From an uncultured Candidatus Saccharibacteria bacterium (lineage in GTDB: Bacteria; Patescibacteriota; Saccharimonadia; Saccharimonadales; Saccharimonadaceae), in assembly GCA_964554175.1 (NCBI GenBank), contig CAZKNA010000001.1:46-64045 (forward strand): DNA of 64,000 nt. The letters run 5' to 3'. This document shows positions 1 through 9,082 of this stretch, piece after piece. Below the pieces are notes generated by a model. The model made no database searches and had not been told where the DNA came from. It was given only the letters and a program-made list of their open reading frames with translations. Both the position numbers and the translations under genes were made by a program. Every line of letters starts with the position of its first letter. Positions within the stretch are counted from its first letter, which is position 1.

Positions 1-55
1 CCCTATAAAATCGTCTGTTAATACCCTAAACAATCAGGTCTAGGATTTTTGTCGT

Positions 56-466
56 TTATTTAATTTTTGTCAAGTCTCCATGAATAACCGTTGGCATGAA
101 GCCCATAATTTCATCATACATAGAACCTTTTGGGGCGTCATTTTCTAGAAAAATTTTCTTGCCATTTCTATAAGCGATATATAGCTCAATTAATGTGGCA
201 CCACCAACGTATCCGCTGACTTCATGTTTTTTCAAATTCAAAAGATATACAGCATCCGCATTTGCAATTTTATTCTCGCTATCCTCAAAACACTCACGCA
301 CAAGTCTTGCGTGTGCCTCGACGCCATTATTCCATGCCTTTGTTTCAATATCTGGCGTATCTGCAGTATGTGGCAGAGTTACCTGGTGTCCCAACTTTTC
401 TAACGCTAATTTTTTACTTGGAAATCTATCATAGAATGATTTTGAGGAAATAATATGTACTTTCAT
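56..466 (-). CDS. Nucleoside 2-deoxyribosyltransferase-like (Rossmannoid) protein
   Basis: 136 aa; 'KIANADAVYLLN...GYVGGATLIELYIAYRNGKKIFL' resembles the NDT-like D..G..E-A..GK pattern; TATAAT 7 nt upstream of ATG. Confidence 0.55.
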   Translation of the reverse strand: MKVHIISSKSFYDRFPSKKLALEKLGHQVTLPHTADTPDIETKAWNNGVEAHARLVRECFEDSENKIANADAVYLLNLKKHEVSGYVGGATLIELYIAYRNGKKIFLENDAPKGSMYDEIMGFMPTVIHGDLTKIK

Positions 467-480
467 GTGCCTTATTATAC

Positions 481-993
481 TTAGTTATTTAGCTCAATCT
501 TCTTCTTTATCTCTGGTTTATCTAAATAATCCCGATATTTAGCAGGAATTTGTCGGTAGAGCGAGGACGCACGCCCCTTAACTGGCATCAAGATTTTGCA
601 TAGTTTGTTTTCTTCGACTAGAAACTTCACCATTTTGTAATAATCGCCGTCGCCAGAAACTAAAATAACCTTTTCAAAATCTTCATGCTTGTATAATTTC
701 TTCATTACCGAGAAAACTATATCGGTATCAACGTTACCCTTTTTAACTGATAAAAACTTTGGGCTATGCTCGCGAAAGACCAAGATAAAACCAGCCTTTT
801 GAATATTGTCATACATTTCAGAATAATTATTATCTATACAACCAAGAAAATAGTAAGCTTCATTAACTTGGTATTTTTCTTTCAAATAAGTTCGAAACTG
901 CCTTAGTCCAACCTTCCAGGAAGGGTTGCTGTCTACGGTGCTATAATTTAGATTTTGCGCATCAATGAAAGCAATGTTTCGCAGTTTTTCCAT
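481..993 (-). CDS. NYN domain (LabA/DUF88, PIN-like) ribonuclease
   Basis: Motifs FIDAQN, KGNVDTDI, LVSGDGDY. Confidence 0.9.
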   Translation of the reverse strand: MEKLRNIAFIDAQNLNYSTVDSNPSWKVGLRQFRTYLKEKYQVNEAYYFLGCIDNNYSEMYDNIQKAGFILVFREHSPKFLSVKKGNVDTDIVFSVMKKLYKHEDFEKVILVSGDGDYYKMVKFLVEENKLCKILMPVKGRASSLYRQIPAKYRDYLDKPEIKKKIELNN

Positions 994-1010
994 GCTTAAT
1001 ATTATACCAC

Positions 1011-1068
1011 AAAAAAGAGGGATTTGCTTAGGTATTTCTCCGTTCGCATTACCCTCATCGTAATACTC
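1011..1068 (-). ncRNA. Putative small structured RNA upstream of NYN gene
   Basis: TGCTATAAT (1081-1073) precedes GAGGG...CCCUC-UUUUUU stem with internal loops; NYN has its own separate TGGTATAAT (1009-1001). Confidence 0.4.
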
Positions 1069-1188
1069 TTATATTATAGCATACTTTTTCATAAAAAACT
1101 AGACCATCTTATCAAAATTATTTAGTCTATCTTGAATATCTTCTTTGTAAATTGTTAATGCCTGCCCAATTGCCCCCACCAGTTCTTA

Positions 1189-1719
1189 TTATTTGTTTCT
1201 ACTACAGTTGATTAAACCGTCGATATTGTGATTTGCGAGGATTTTAACCTCGCCTTTTTCGTTGGTGACTTCGGTGGTTTTGAGGCCAATGTTAGTCACT
1301 TCACCTTTGAAGCCGTCGGCCTGAAGGATGACAGTGTCGCCAACGCAGAATTGATTTTCTGCGATGATGGCGACACCGGCGATGAAGTCTTTAATCATAT
1401 CCTGGAAGGCAAGGCCTACTACTGCGGTCAAAATCCCGAGCCCGGCCAGTAGAGAAGTAACATTGACGCCGAGGATGGACAAAATGACGAGTAGAACGAT
1501 GATAAGGAATAGGTATCTCAAGATGCTGGAAAGCATCTGAGAGATAGTCCTGATCCGCTGCTTTTGGGCGGGAGTGGCCTTTTTGCCGCCAGCTTTATTG
1601 AAAGTGACTTTTAAGACTCTTCTTAGGATAAGATAGACGATTAGGACAAACAGAATATAGAGCGCCGAGTTAATCAACTTCTTGAGACTAATGTCGGTAC
1701 CAAAGAAATTAAGATTCAT
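1189..1719 (-). CDS. mscS: Small-conductance mechanosensitive channel (MscS family, short form)
   Basis: TM helices then 'GLAFQDMIKDFIAG...FCVGD...GEVTNIGLKTT'. Confidence 0.85.
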   Translation of the reverse strand: MNLNFFGTDISLKKLINSALYILFVLIVYLILRRVLKVTFNKAGGKKATPAQKQRIRTISQMLSSILRYLFLIIVLLVILSILGVNVTSLLAGLGILTAVVGLAFQDMIKDFIAGVAIIAENQFCVGDTVILQADGFKGEVTNIGLKTTEVTNEKGEVKILANHNIDGLINCSRNK

Positions 1720-1720
1720 C

Positions 1721-2668
1721 TTAGGCCTCCACTAAATCAGAACCGTTCACATCGAAATCAGAGAGCGAAGCCTTTTTGATGGCTGGGTCTTCGTAGGTGT
1801 TGTAGTAGTAGGTCTTGGTGGCAGTAGAGTAGCCACCAGTGTAGACGGTCTTTTCAAAGTCGCCACTAGCCATAGCGGCAGCACCGTCAATCATCGCCAC
1901 GCCGGTGAGAGTGTGGAAGAGGCGAGAAACGTTTTCTTCCTCGGTGGATTTAACTGGGTAGTGAGTGTTGAGATAAGCGACGCGCACGAAGCGAGATGGG
2001 GAATAATAATCACCTGGGAGACCACGCATTAAAGAACCAGAGCCAAAGGCAGTCATCTCAGCCTTACCCCAAGTGACTTTTTCTGGTTGTGGGCTAGTGA
2101 GATTCATGTAGTTTCTTAAGTTTTCTTTGTGCCAGCCATAGCCTGGTTGGTTGGTGAGGACATCAACGTCGTTGTGGAAGATTTGCATACCCGCTGGCGT
2201 ATATTCTACAACAATACTACGGTCTTTGTCACCAATAATCCAGTGGAGCATAGAAACTGGGAATTTGTCGTTGATTGGCTTGGCGACAATCGCGACATTC
2301 TTTAAGGCATTCTCAACTTCGTCAACAGTAGAAAAGTTCATCGCAACCCAGAGAGGGAACTCGTAGGCGGCGACATTTGTTTTGCCATCTACTGCGTTCG
2401 GCTCATACTGAGCGTAGCCAGGGAAGTTTAAACCAGCAATAGCGAGACCATCCTCGTTTGCACAGTCAAAATAAAGTGGAACATTCTCCTGAATGATAGC
2501 CATACCGATAATGGCAGATTTTGGATTTGAGCTACCTAGAAAAGCAGAATTATAAGTGTAGCCCTTTGGAGTTACGACGATTTTCTCACCGTAGCCGACG
2601 GACCAGTCAAGATTGCGACCGAAATACATATTACCTTTGTCATCACTGAAACGTACACCTGTACACAT
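1721..2668 (-). CDS. bsh: Choloylglycine hydrolase / bile salt hydrolase (Ntn hydrolase)
   Basis: N-terminal MCTG (Cys2 nucleophile), GRNLDW, LTNQP, PGD..SPSRFVR; strong SD AAGGAGGA. Confidence 0.92.
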   Translation of the reverse strand: MCTGVRFSDDKGNMYFGRNLDWSVGYGEKIVVTPKGYTYNSAFLGSSNPKSAIIGMAIIQENVPLYFDCANEDGLAIAGLNFPGYAQYEPNAVDGKTNVAAYEFPLWVAMNFSTVDEVENALKNVAIVAKPINDKFPVSMLHWIIGDKDRSIVVEYTPAGMQIFHNDVDVLTNQPGYGWHKENLRNYMNLTSPQPEKVTWGKAEMTAFGSGSLMRGLPGDYYSPSRFVRVAYLNTHYPVKSTEEENVSRLFHTLTGVAMIDGAAAMASGDFEKTVYTGGYSTATKTYYYNTYEDPAIKKASLSDFDVNGSDLVEA

Positions 2669-2705
2669 TGTTCCTCCTTATGTTTTGTTGATACTATTAT
2701 AACAC

Positions 2706-2743
2706 AAAAAAGAGACCGCGATTCGCTCTATCGGCCTCTTTTT
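2706..2743 (-). terminator. Rho-independent terminator of 2755..2961
   Basis: AAAAAGAGGCCG-loop-CGGTCTCTTTTTT on the minus strand. Confidence 0.65.
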
Positions 2744-2754
2744 AAACTAAACGA

Positions 2755-2961
2755 TTATTTCTTCTTGGAAAGAGTCAAGAAACCGTTGCGTGGGTTTTCA
2801 TTGACAACGCGATCGGATGGAAGATCACAAGGAGTTCCCTTGCCGCCATCTTCAGTCTTGGTGAAGAAGTAAATAGTCTGTGGCTTGCCGCCGCGAAGAG
2901 TTACTTCGGACTTTCTAAGATAATAAGTAGTTCCTTTGCTGTTGACATGCTTGTAAGCCAT
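2755..2961 (-). CDS. Small basic conserved hypothetical protein
   Basis: 68 aa; SD AAGGAGGA, upstream TTGACA-N17-TAAGAT promoter and downstream terminator. Confidence 0.75.
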   Translation of the reverse strand: MAYKHVNSKGTTYYLRKSEVTLRGGKPQTIYFFTKTEDGGKGTPCDLPSDRVVNENPRNGFLTLSKKK

Positions 2962-2989
2962 GTTTTCCTCCTTAGTTGATTGTACTTCT

Positions 2990-3018
2990 ATCTTATATCT
3001 CTATTAATCTCTTGTCAA
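2990..3018 (-). promoter_or_regulatory. Sigma70-type promoter for 2755..2961
   Basis: TTGACA (3018-3013), 17 nt, TAAGAT (2995-2990). Confidence 0.65.
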
Positions 3019-3052
3019 GAGTTTTAAGGGAGAATTGTAAATTCTACCTCTC

Positions 3053-3226
3053 AAAATTAGAAAGTAAGGGGCTTCAAACGCTAGCCGCCGCCTGCTACCG
3101 CCGAAAAATCACGACAAACAGCCTATTCGAAAAGCACCTAAACTTGGGTGCTTTTCTCATAGGTGTTAGTTGTGATTTTTGCGGGGCGGCTGACGCATTG
3201 TTTGAAGCCCCTTACTTTCTAATTTT
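3053..3226. repeat. 174-bp fold-back element with 27-bp perfect terminal inverted repeats (MITE-like)
   Basis: AAAATTAGAAAGTAAGGGGCTTCAAAC (3053-3079) is the exact reverse complement of 3200-3226; interior also pairs imperfectly. Confidence 0.85.
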
Positions 3227-3889
3227 CAAGGCGATTTTCAAAGTTACCCAGATGAAGAAGCGGATGATGATTGTAATTACTAAGATGATGGTGATGAGCA
3301 TCATTAGGCCGGAAGGAGTGAAGGTGAAGACTGGGGAAGCGAAGTCATAGCGATAGAGCGAAGGGGAGGGGAGGTCGACTTTGATTTCTGAATCAATGTT
3401 TTCTGAAGCCGGGAATTTGGCGAGTTCGTTTTGGTAGCAAGCGATATAATCTGGTGTATTCCAATCCCAACCATACTCATGAGCGAGAGGCTGACAGACT
3501 GCCATAGCCTGAGCATAGATGTTGCCGTTGGGGTTTGCGTAAACACCAGCTTCTTCTTGAGCTTTGACTTTAAGGGCAGTGGCAGTACGTTCATATTCTT
3601 TCGCAAGATAGACTTCGCCAGAGCCAAAGTAAAGAGAGAAGTTGCCATTCTTTTCCTCAATGTTCATAATATTATGGGTTTCGGTAAACTTTTTGAGTTC
3701 GTTTAAAGCATCCTTGATTTTTTCCTGGTCGCCGCCTTCGTCGGCAGCAACGACAGCATTCTTTAGATCATTCATTTTGATGTGATCAAAACGGAGAAGG
3801 GTGGCCGTAATGAAGCAGATGGGAATCAAAATCAAGACCAGTTGCCAAGTCTTAACTTTGGGACGGTGAAACTTCTTTTTACCCACCAT
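3212..3889 (-). CDS. Hypothetical membrane protein (N- and C-terminal TM, extracellular Cys pair)
   Basis: Start moved to ATG 3889 (MVGKKK), 10 nt below TGGTATAAT; two hydrophobic segments. Confidence 0.75.
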   Translation of the reverse strand: MVGKKKFHRPKVKTWQLVLILIPICFITATLLRFDHIKMNDLKNAVVAADEGGDQEKIKDALNELKKFTETHNIMNIEEKNGNFSLYFGSGEVYLAKEYERTATALKVKAQEEAGVYANPNGNIYAQAMAVCQPLAHEYGWDWNTPDYIACYQNELAKFPASENIDSEIKVDLPSPSLYRYDFASPVFTFTPSGLMMLITIILVITIIIRFFIWVTLKIALKIRK

Positions 3890-3892
3890 ATC

Positions 3893-3908
3893 TGATATAA
3901 TTATACCA
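3893..3908. promoter_or_regulatory. Bidirectional extended -10 promoter
   Basis: TGATATAATTATACCA gives TGnTATAAT on both strands between divergent ATGs at 3889 and 3910. Confidence 0.7.
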
Positions 3909-3909
3909 T

Positions 3910-5145
3910 ATGAATATATATATTGCGGGAATTTCTGGAACGGGAATGGGGCCGCTAGCTTTGATGGCAAAGCGGGCTGGGTTTTCAGTCTTTGGTTCGG
4001 ATTTGTCTGAGGGGGCGGTAGCGCCAGAATTATACAGAGAAGAAATTCCGGTCAAAATCGGGCCACAGGACGGCAAGTTTCTACAGAAATGTTACGACGA
4101 AAATGGGGTGGATTGGTTTGTTCATACCTCGGCGATGAGGGAAGATGCACCAGAGCTACTACTTGCAAAGAAACTGGGGTTACGCATTTCCAAACGTGAT
4201 GAGCTGATTGCTTATCTGGTGGAGAAATTAGGGCTCAAGATGGTAGCGGTGGCAGGGACACACGGCAAGACAACAACGACAGCACTGATTACCTGGGCCT
4301 CGCTAGAGCTTGGGCTGCCGGTTTCTTATCTAGTTGGCTCGACTTTGCCATTTGCCGAGGCTGGTTCTTATAGTGACGCCTCGGAATTTCTGATTTATGA
4401 GGCGGATGAATACGACCGCAATTTCTTGAAGTTTTATCCATGGCTTGCGGTGATTACGACAGTTTCTTACGATCATCCGGATATTTACCCGACTGTAGAA
4501 GACTATAAAGCTGCTTTTTCCAAATTTATGAGTCAGAGCGAGCAGGTAATTGAAAAACCTACTCTTGAAGTTTCCGGGTTGGAACTGGCTGGAGAAAAGC
4601 GCAGATACGATGCTAGGCTCGCACTTGAAGCGGTGACTAGAATGTGTGAAGAAGTAGGGAAAGAGGTTTCTACTGCCGAAATTATTGAAATTCTAAATCG
4701 CTTCCCTGGTGTGGGTAGAAGATTCGAGAGGGTCTCACCTGGAGTCTATTCAGACTATGGCCATCATCCAGAGGAAATTGAGGCCACCGTCCAAATGGCA
4801 AAAGAGGAAGCAAAGAGGCTGGGGCTAAATGGGGTGGTTGTAGTTTATGAGCCACACCAAAACACGCGCCAGCACGAAGTCATAAATGGTTATAGAAAAG
4901 TATTCGAAGGGGCGAAGCATATCTTCTGGCTACCGACTTATCTCACGCGTGAGAATCCAGAATTAAAAGTGCTCCAGCCAGTAGAGTTTATCGCGAGGCT
5001 TTCCAACTCGGCCGATGCCGAGCCAGCCGAGGTTTCTCATGAATTATATGAGAAGCTGAAAAAATACCTTGATGATAATTATTTGCTATTATTTATGTCG
5101 GCGGGGCCGCTGGACGGCTGGGTTCGTCAACAAAATTGGGAATAG
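3910..5145 (+). CDS. murC: UDP-N-acetylmuramate--L-alanine ligase
   Basis: GISGTGM, AGTHGKTTTT, EADEYD, DHPD, DYGHHPEE, EPHQ. Confidence 0.92.
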   Translation: MNIYIAGISGTGMGPLALMAKRAGFSVFGSDLSEGAVAPELYREEIPVKIGPQDGKFLQKCYDENGVDWFVHTSAMREDAPELLLAKKLGLRISKRDELIAYLVEKLGLKMVAVAGTHGKTTTTALITWASLELGLPVSYLVGSTLPFAEAGSYSDASEFLIYEADEYDRNFLKFYPWLAVITTVSYDHPDIYPTVEDYKAAFSKFMSQSEQVIEKPTLEVSGLELAGEKRRYDARLALEAVTRMCEEVGKEVSTAEIIEILNRFPGVGRRFERVSPGVYSDYGHHPEEIEATVQMAKEEAKRLGLNGVVVVYEPHQNTRQHEVINGYRKVFEGAKHIFWLPTYLTRENPELKVLQPVEFIARLSNSADAEPAEVSHELYEKLKKYLDDNYLLLFMSAGPLDGWVRQQNWE

Positions 5146-6522
5146 ATAAACGTGGAGAGCATTTGGCAAACCGCCAAAGAAGAAGAGAGTGAAGCCGAGT
5201 GCAACTAGGCCAGCGCCGAGTAGTACGTTTAATTTGACACTATATAATATATATATTATGGTAACGGCGGCGAGGAGGAAGCCTACGAGACCGAGCTCGA
5301 GGAGAACGGAGGCGTATTCGTTTTGAACAATCTCTTTTTCTATGCCTAGTTCTGGGTCTTTTTCTAATAATTTAATACCAGCAGAGCCGAGACCAACGCC
5401 AAAGAGCAGATTTTTAGGACTGTCGTTCCAGATGTCTAGAGCATCACGAGTGAGCTGAGAACGGAAAGCGGAAGATTCCTCAACATAACCGGAGAAGGTA
5501 GAGGAGTTGTCATCAGTAGAGGTTTCGGCCGAAGTTTCAGTAGTGGATTCAGTAGGGGAGGTTTCTGGAGAGATAGTTTCGGCGGGACGGAAATCAATTT
5601 TGCCGAGAGAAAGCTGGTGGATACTTTTGGAGACTCCAGACCAGAAAGTATCACTGGTGGGGGAAATTTGAGCAAAAAGACCTTGGATACCAAGGATGAA
5701 GATGAAACTACCAAGGGTGATAGGGATAATTAGTAATCCCCTAGTTATATTTGACTTTTTCTTATTATGTTTTATAGTAGGGAACTGTGCGAAGAAGATT
5801 ATGGCTAGGCCAATTAGTAGGGCATAGATGGCACCACGAGAGAAGGTAAGAAAAACCGTAGAGACGAGGAAAATTGTAATAATAGCTTGCCAAGGATTTT
5901 TGAAAAGTGGCTTTTTTGCAACCAAGCCGTAGACCATAATGAAGGTTGGGACGAGGAGGAGGTTGCCGGCAAATTGCGGCTCGATAGCAAAGCCGTTGGG
6001 ATGAGGATAGCCGAAGGCAAGATAGGTGCAACCGCGGCAGAGAAGAGTGGTATCACGCGAGACACCGATGAGATCTAAAATACATTGGAGCCAGCAGAAA
6101 ATAGAGAAGAGCACGGCCGAGAAGACGAGTAGTTTCTTTAGAAGTGGCAACTTTTCTTTGTTGGTCTTAATGTAATAGTAAATATTCAGGCCGGCAAAGA
6201 CAAGTAGAAAAAGCATGCCGGCGGTGAGAATGGCGCGAGTGCGGTTTAGAGACCAGAGAATAGTGATGGCGGCATAGACGGGGAAGGCAAAAAGTAAAAA
6301 GAGCTTTTTACGATAAAATCCTAAGAGTTTTTTTAAGTTTACGAGGCTAAAAACAGAGAAGAGTAGCAGCCAAAGCTCGGCAATAGAGAATTCAAAGTTC
6401 ATAGTTTCAGAAGAGCCGAGATGAAAAGAGGGGTGATAAGAGAAAAATAGGGCTAGCGGGGCAAGGAAAAGTAGGCCTTTTTGAATTTTTTGGAGGGAAT
6501 TAACGATGCTCAATTTTTTCAT
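5089..6522 (-). CDS. O-antigen ligase/polymerase-like (Wzy_C) membrane protein
   Basis: Multi-TM; LTFSRGA, LFGVGLGS, 'QNEYASVLLELGLVG'. Confidence 0.75.
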   Translation of the reverse strand: MKKLSIVNSLQKIQKGLLFLAPLALFFSYHPSFHLGSSETMNFEFSIAELWLLLFSVFSLVNLKKLLGFYRKKLFLLFAFPVYAAITILWSLNRTRAILTAGMLFLLVFAGLNIYYYIKTNKEKLPLLKKLLVFSAVLFSIFCWLQCILDLIGVSRDTTLLCRGCTYLAFGYPHPNGFAIEPQFAGNLLLVPTFIMVYGLVAKKPLFKNPWQAIITIFLVSTVFLTFSRGAIYALLIGLAIIFFAQFPTIKHNKKKSNITRGLLIIPITLGSFIFILGIQGLFAQISPTSDTFWSGVSKSIHQLSLGKIDFRPAETISPETSPTESTTETSAETSTDDNSSTFSGYVEESSAFRSQLTRDALDIWNDSPKNLLFGVGLGSAGIKLLEKDPELGIEKEIVQNEYASVLLELGLVGFLLAAVTIIYILYSVKLNVLLGAGLVALGFTLFFFGGLPNALHVYLFPILLTNPAVQRPRRHK

Positions 6523-7633
6523 TGATGAACTCCTTCATTTTGGTTTTAAAAATTTCAGTGTCGAAGGGAAGTGCAGTGGCCGAAATTTTTTCTGGTGAGA
6601 ATTTTTCTTTATCAAATTTTTCAATGGCGAGACTTAAAGAGTTTACGGTTTGCTTGTCGAAGAAAAGCCCGTTTTCGCCGTCTTTGATATAGTCGATGGC
6701 GCCACCTTTTTTGTAGGCGATGACTGGGCAGCCGGCGGCGAGAGCTTCTACTGGCGCAATACCAAAAGGCTCCTGGCTAGGGAAAAGGTAGGCGGCGGCA
6801 TTTTCAAGATATTTTTTCAAACCTTTCTGGTCCATTTTTGGTAGGAAAATAATGTTTTTATTATTTTTAGCCAAACGCTTTAGCTTCTTTTCTTCTGGAC
6901 CTTCGCCGATTAAAATCAACTTGCTATTCGTCTTAATACAGGCTGCGATGGCGAGGTCTAGACGCTTCCAGTTGACAAATCGTGAAGTTGTGATGAAATA
7001 ATTCCCTTGCTGGTTCTCTGTCTTATTTGACTTTTTATATAAAAATGTTTTAGTATCAACTGGCGGATAAATAATAGTCGCTTCCCTCTTATAGAAGCGC
7101 TTGATTTCCTCTTTGGCGTATTTAGAGATAGTGATATAATAATTTGGTTTTTTAGAGGCCTCGAGATCTCTCTTTCGCATTGGCTTGACAAAAATTTTTA
7201 GGCCAAGGCGAGCGAGCGGGTTTAGGAAGCCAAAGCCAGGGTCCTTCATGTATTGGTCGTAAAGACCCCAGTAATACTGGGTTGGGACGTGACAGAAGCA
7301 AATGTGTTCGGTTTTATGTTCGGATTTTTTTCCACTGGTTGTGGAAACACCTTTAGCCTCGGCGCCAGTGACAGAGATAACGAGATCGTAATCTCTTAAA
7401 TCCAGTTTTCTGAACCAGCGCGAGCGCAAAGGCCCGATGAACTTCCTAGTGCATTTTGGGAAATGTTGAAGATAGCCAGTTTTAACCTCGGCGTCTTTAA
7501 ACCAATCGATTCCCTTTCTATCGTATTTAGAGGTGTAAATTGGAGCATCGGGAAACATTTTGTGAAGCTCTAAAAGAACACGCTCGGCACCACCAAAATT
7601 AATTAACCAATCGCAAACTAAGGCAACTTTCAT
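6500..7633 (-). CDS. Glycosyltransferase family 4 (GT-B)
   Basis: GGAERV, EPFGIAPVEALAAGCPVI. Confidence 0.9.
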   Translation of the reverse strand: MKVALVCDWLINFGGAERVLLELHKMFPDAPIYTSKYDRKGIDWFKDAEVKTGYLQHFPKCTRKFIGPLRSRWFRKLDLRDYDLVISVTGAEAKGVSTTSGKKSEHKTEHICFCHVPTQYYWGLYDQYMKDPGFGFLNPLARLGLKIFVKPMRKRDLEASKKPNYYITISKYAKEEIKRFYKREATIIYPPVDTKTFLYKKSNKTENQQGNYFITTSRFVNWKRLDLAIAACIKTNSKLILIGEGPEEKKLKRLAKNNKNIIFLPKMDQKGLKKYLENAAAYLFPSQEPFGIAPVEALAAGCPVIAYKKGGAIDYIKDGENGLFFDKQTVNSLSLAIEKFDKEKFSPEKISATALPFDTEIFKTKMKEFINEKIEHR

Positions 7634-9054
7634 TTTGCGCCTCGGCCGGTTAAGACCACGATGACGGTCCTAAATAAGATTTGGAGATCGAGCCAGAAGG
7701 ACCAGTTTTGGATATAGTAAAGGTCGAGCGAACGGCGCTCTTCAAAGGAAATGTCGCGACGACCAGAAACCTGGGCAAGGCCGGTGAGGCCGGATTTGAC
7801 CGAAAGTAACAAGGAGCGGTCGCCATAGTCGCGTAATTCCCCAGGCACGAGAGCACGCGGGCCGACAAGCGAGATGTCGCCTTTTAGGACATTGATGAGC
7901 TGCGGGAGTTCGTCTAGTGAGGTGCGACGGAGGAATTTGCCGATCTTAGTAATACGAGGGTCATTTTTGATATAGTCGCCACCTTTGCGATATTTTTCAA
8001 TTAGTTCTGGACGACCCATTTTATTGAAGGCTTCCTCTGGAGAGAGGCCAGAAAATTCTGGTTTCATGGAACGGAACTTATAAATTCTGACTTTTTTATT
8101 GTAGCGACTGAGACGGTATTCAGAATAAATCGGCGAGTGTTTGAAGTCGGAGAACTTGATGGTAAGCCAGATAATAGCCATCGGGATGAAGGCGATAATG
8201 GTAGCAATGAGACCTAAGACAATGTCTGTAACACGTTTAACAACGCGGGCGGCGCCAATTAGAGGAGTTACCTTTACAAGCATGGCTGGAGTATCGCCAA
8301 TAAGCTCAATGTCACCAATGTGGGAGGAGAGGCTAGATTCAGTAGGGACGAAATAATATAATATATGGTGCTTAATAGCCTCGGTATAGACATATTCAGA
8401 CTTATCTTCATCGGTCTGGAAGATAATATCGGGGCTAGCTTCGTCTAGAGCGGCCTGGAGCGAGGAGAATTGATATTTCCTGAGCTCTTCTGGGATAAAA
8501 CTATTGCCGGCGACAATCCCCTTTAGGCGGAAACCATCTTCTGGAAAATCGACAATGTGTTCAATTAGACGCTCGGTATTTTTGTGGTTGCCAATAATAA
8601 CGACCGAGAGGCCGGAGCCAAAACGAGCGCTAAAGGAGCGATGAACTGCACGGATGACTAGGCGGATGAGGATAAGAGTGATGAAGCAGAAAAGTAAGGT
8701 CCAGACTGCAACAGCACGGCTCGGGAAGAGGGCTTTTTTGAAGAAAAACTGATACGAGATTAATGCCATAGTCCCTAAAAACGAGGCGGCGAAGGCACGT
8801 GAAATCTCCGGGGCGCGGCGGCGATTGTTATAAACTCTACGATTATAAAGCCCAAGTAAAGCAAGAATAATCCACCAAACTGGCACTAAGACGAAGACTG
8901 AAAGGAATAAACCCCAAGGGTCTTTATCAAAATAGAACGGGCGCGAGTCGAGGTTGGTACGGACAAAATAAGCAAACAGAAAGGAGCCCATAATTGCTAA
9001 TGCATCCCCTAGCATTAGGCATAATACATAGACTAGTCCCGGGTCTTTCTTCAT
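7630..9054 (-). CDS. Polyprenyl-phosphate glycosylphosphotransferase (WcaJ/CpsE-type sugar transferase)
   Basis: KFRSM, DPRITKIGKFLRRTSLDELPQLINVLKGDISLVGPR; start moved to ATG 9054. Confidence 0.92.
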   Translation of the reverse strand: MKKDPGLVYVLCLMLGDALAIMGSFLFAYFVRTNLDSRPFYFDKDPWGLFLSVFVLVPVWWIILALLGLYNRRVYNNRRRAPEISRAFAASFLGTMALISYQFFFKKALFPSRAVAVWTLLFCFITLILIRLVIRAVHRSFSARFGSGLSVVIIGNHKNTERLIEHIVDFPEDGFRLKGIVAGNSFIPEELRKYQFSSLQAALDEASPDIIFQTDEDKSEYVYTEAIKHHILYYFVPTESSLSSHIGDIELIGDTPAMLVKVTPLIGAARVVKRVTDIVLGLIATIIAFIPMAIIWLTIKFSDFKHSPIYSEYRLSRYNKKVRIYKFRSMKPEFSGLSPEEAFNKMGRPELIEKYRKGGDYIKNDPRITKIGKFLRRTSLDELPQLINVLKGDISLVGPRALVPGELRDYGDRSLLLSVKSGLTGLAQVSGRRDISFEERRSLDLYYIQNWSFWLDLQILFRTVIVVLTGRGAK

Positions 9055-9069
9055 GCTATAATTATACCA
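9054..9069. promoter_or_regulatory. Bidirectional extended -10 promoter
   Basis: TGCTATAATTATACCA between divergent sugar transferase and galE. Confidence 0.7.
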
Positions 9070-9082
9070 TATAGGAGATAAT

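Noticed and set aside
2976-3350. 124-aa + strand ORF
   Set aside because: Runs through a promoter, the fold-back element and antisense to a real gene; no start signals
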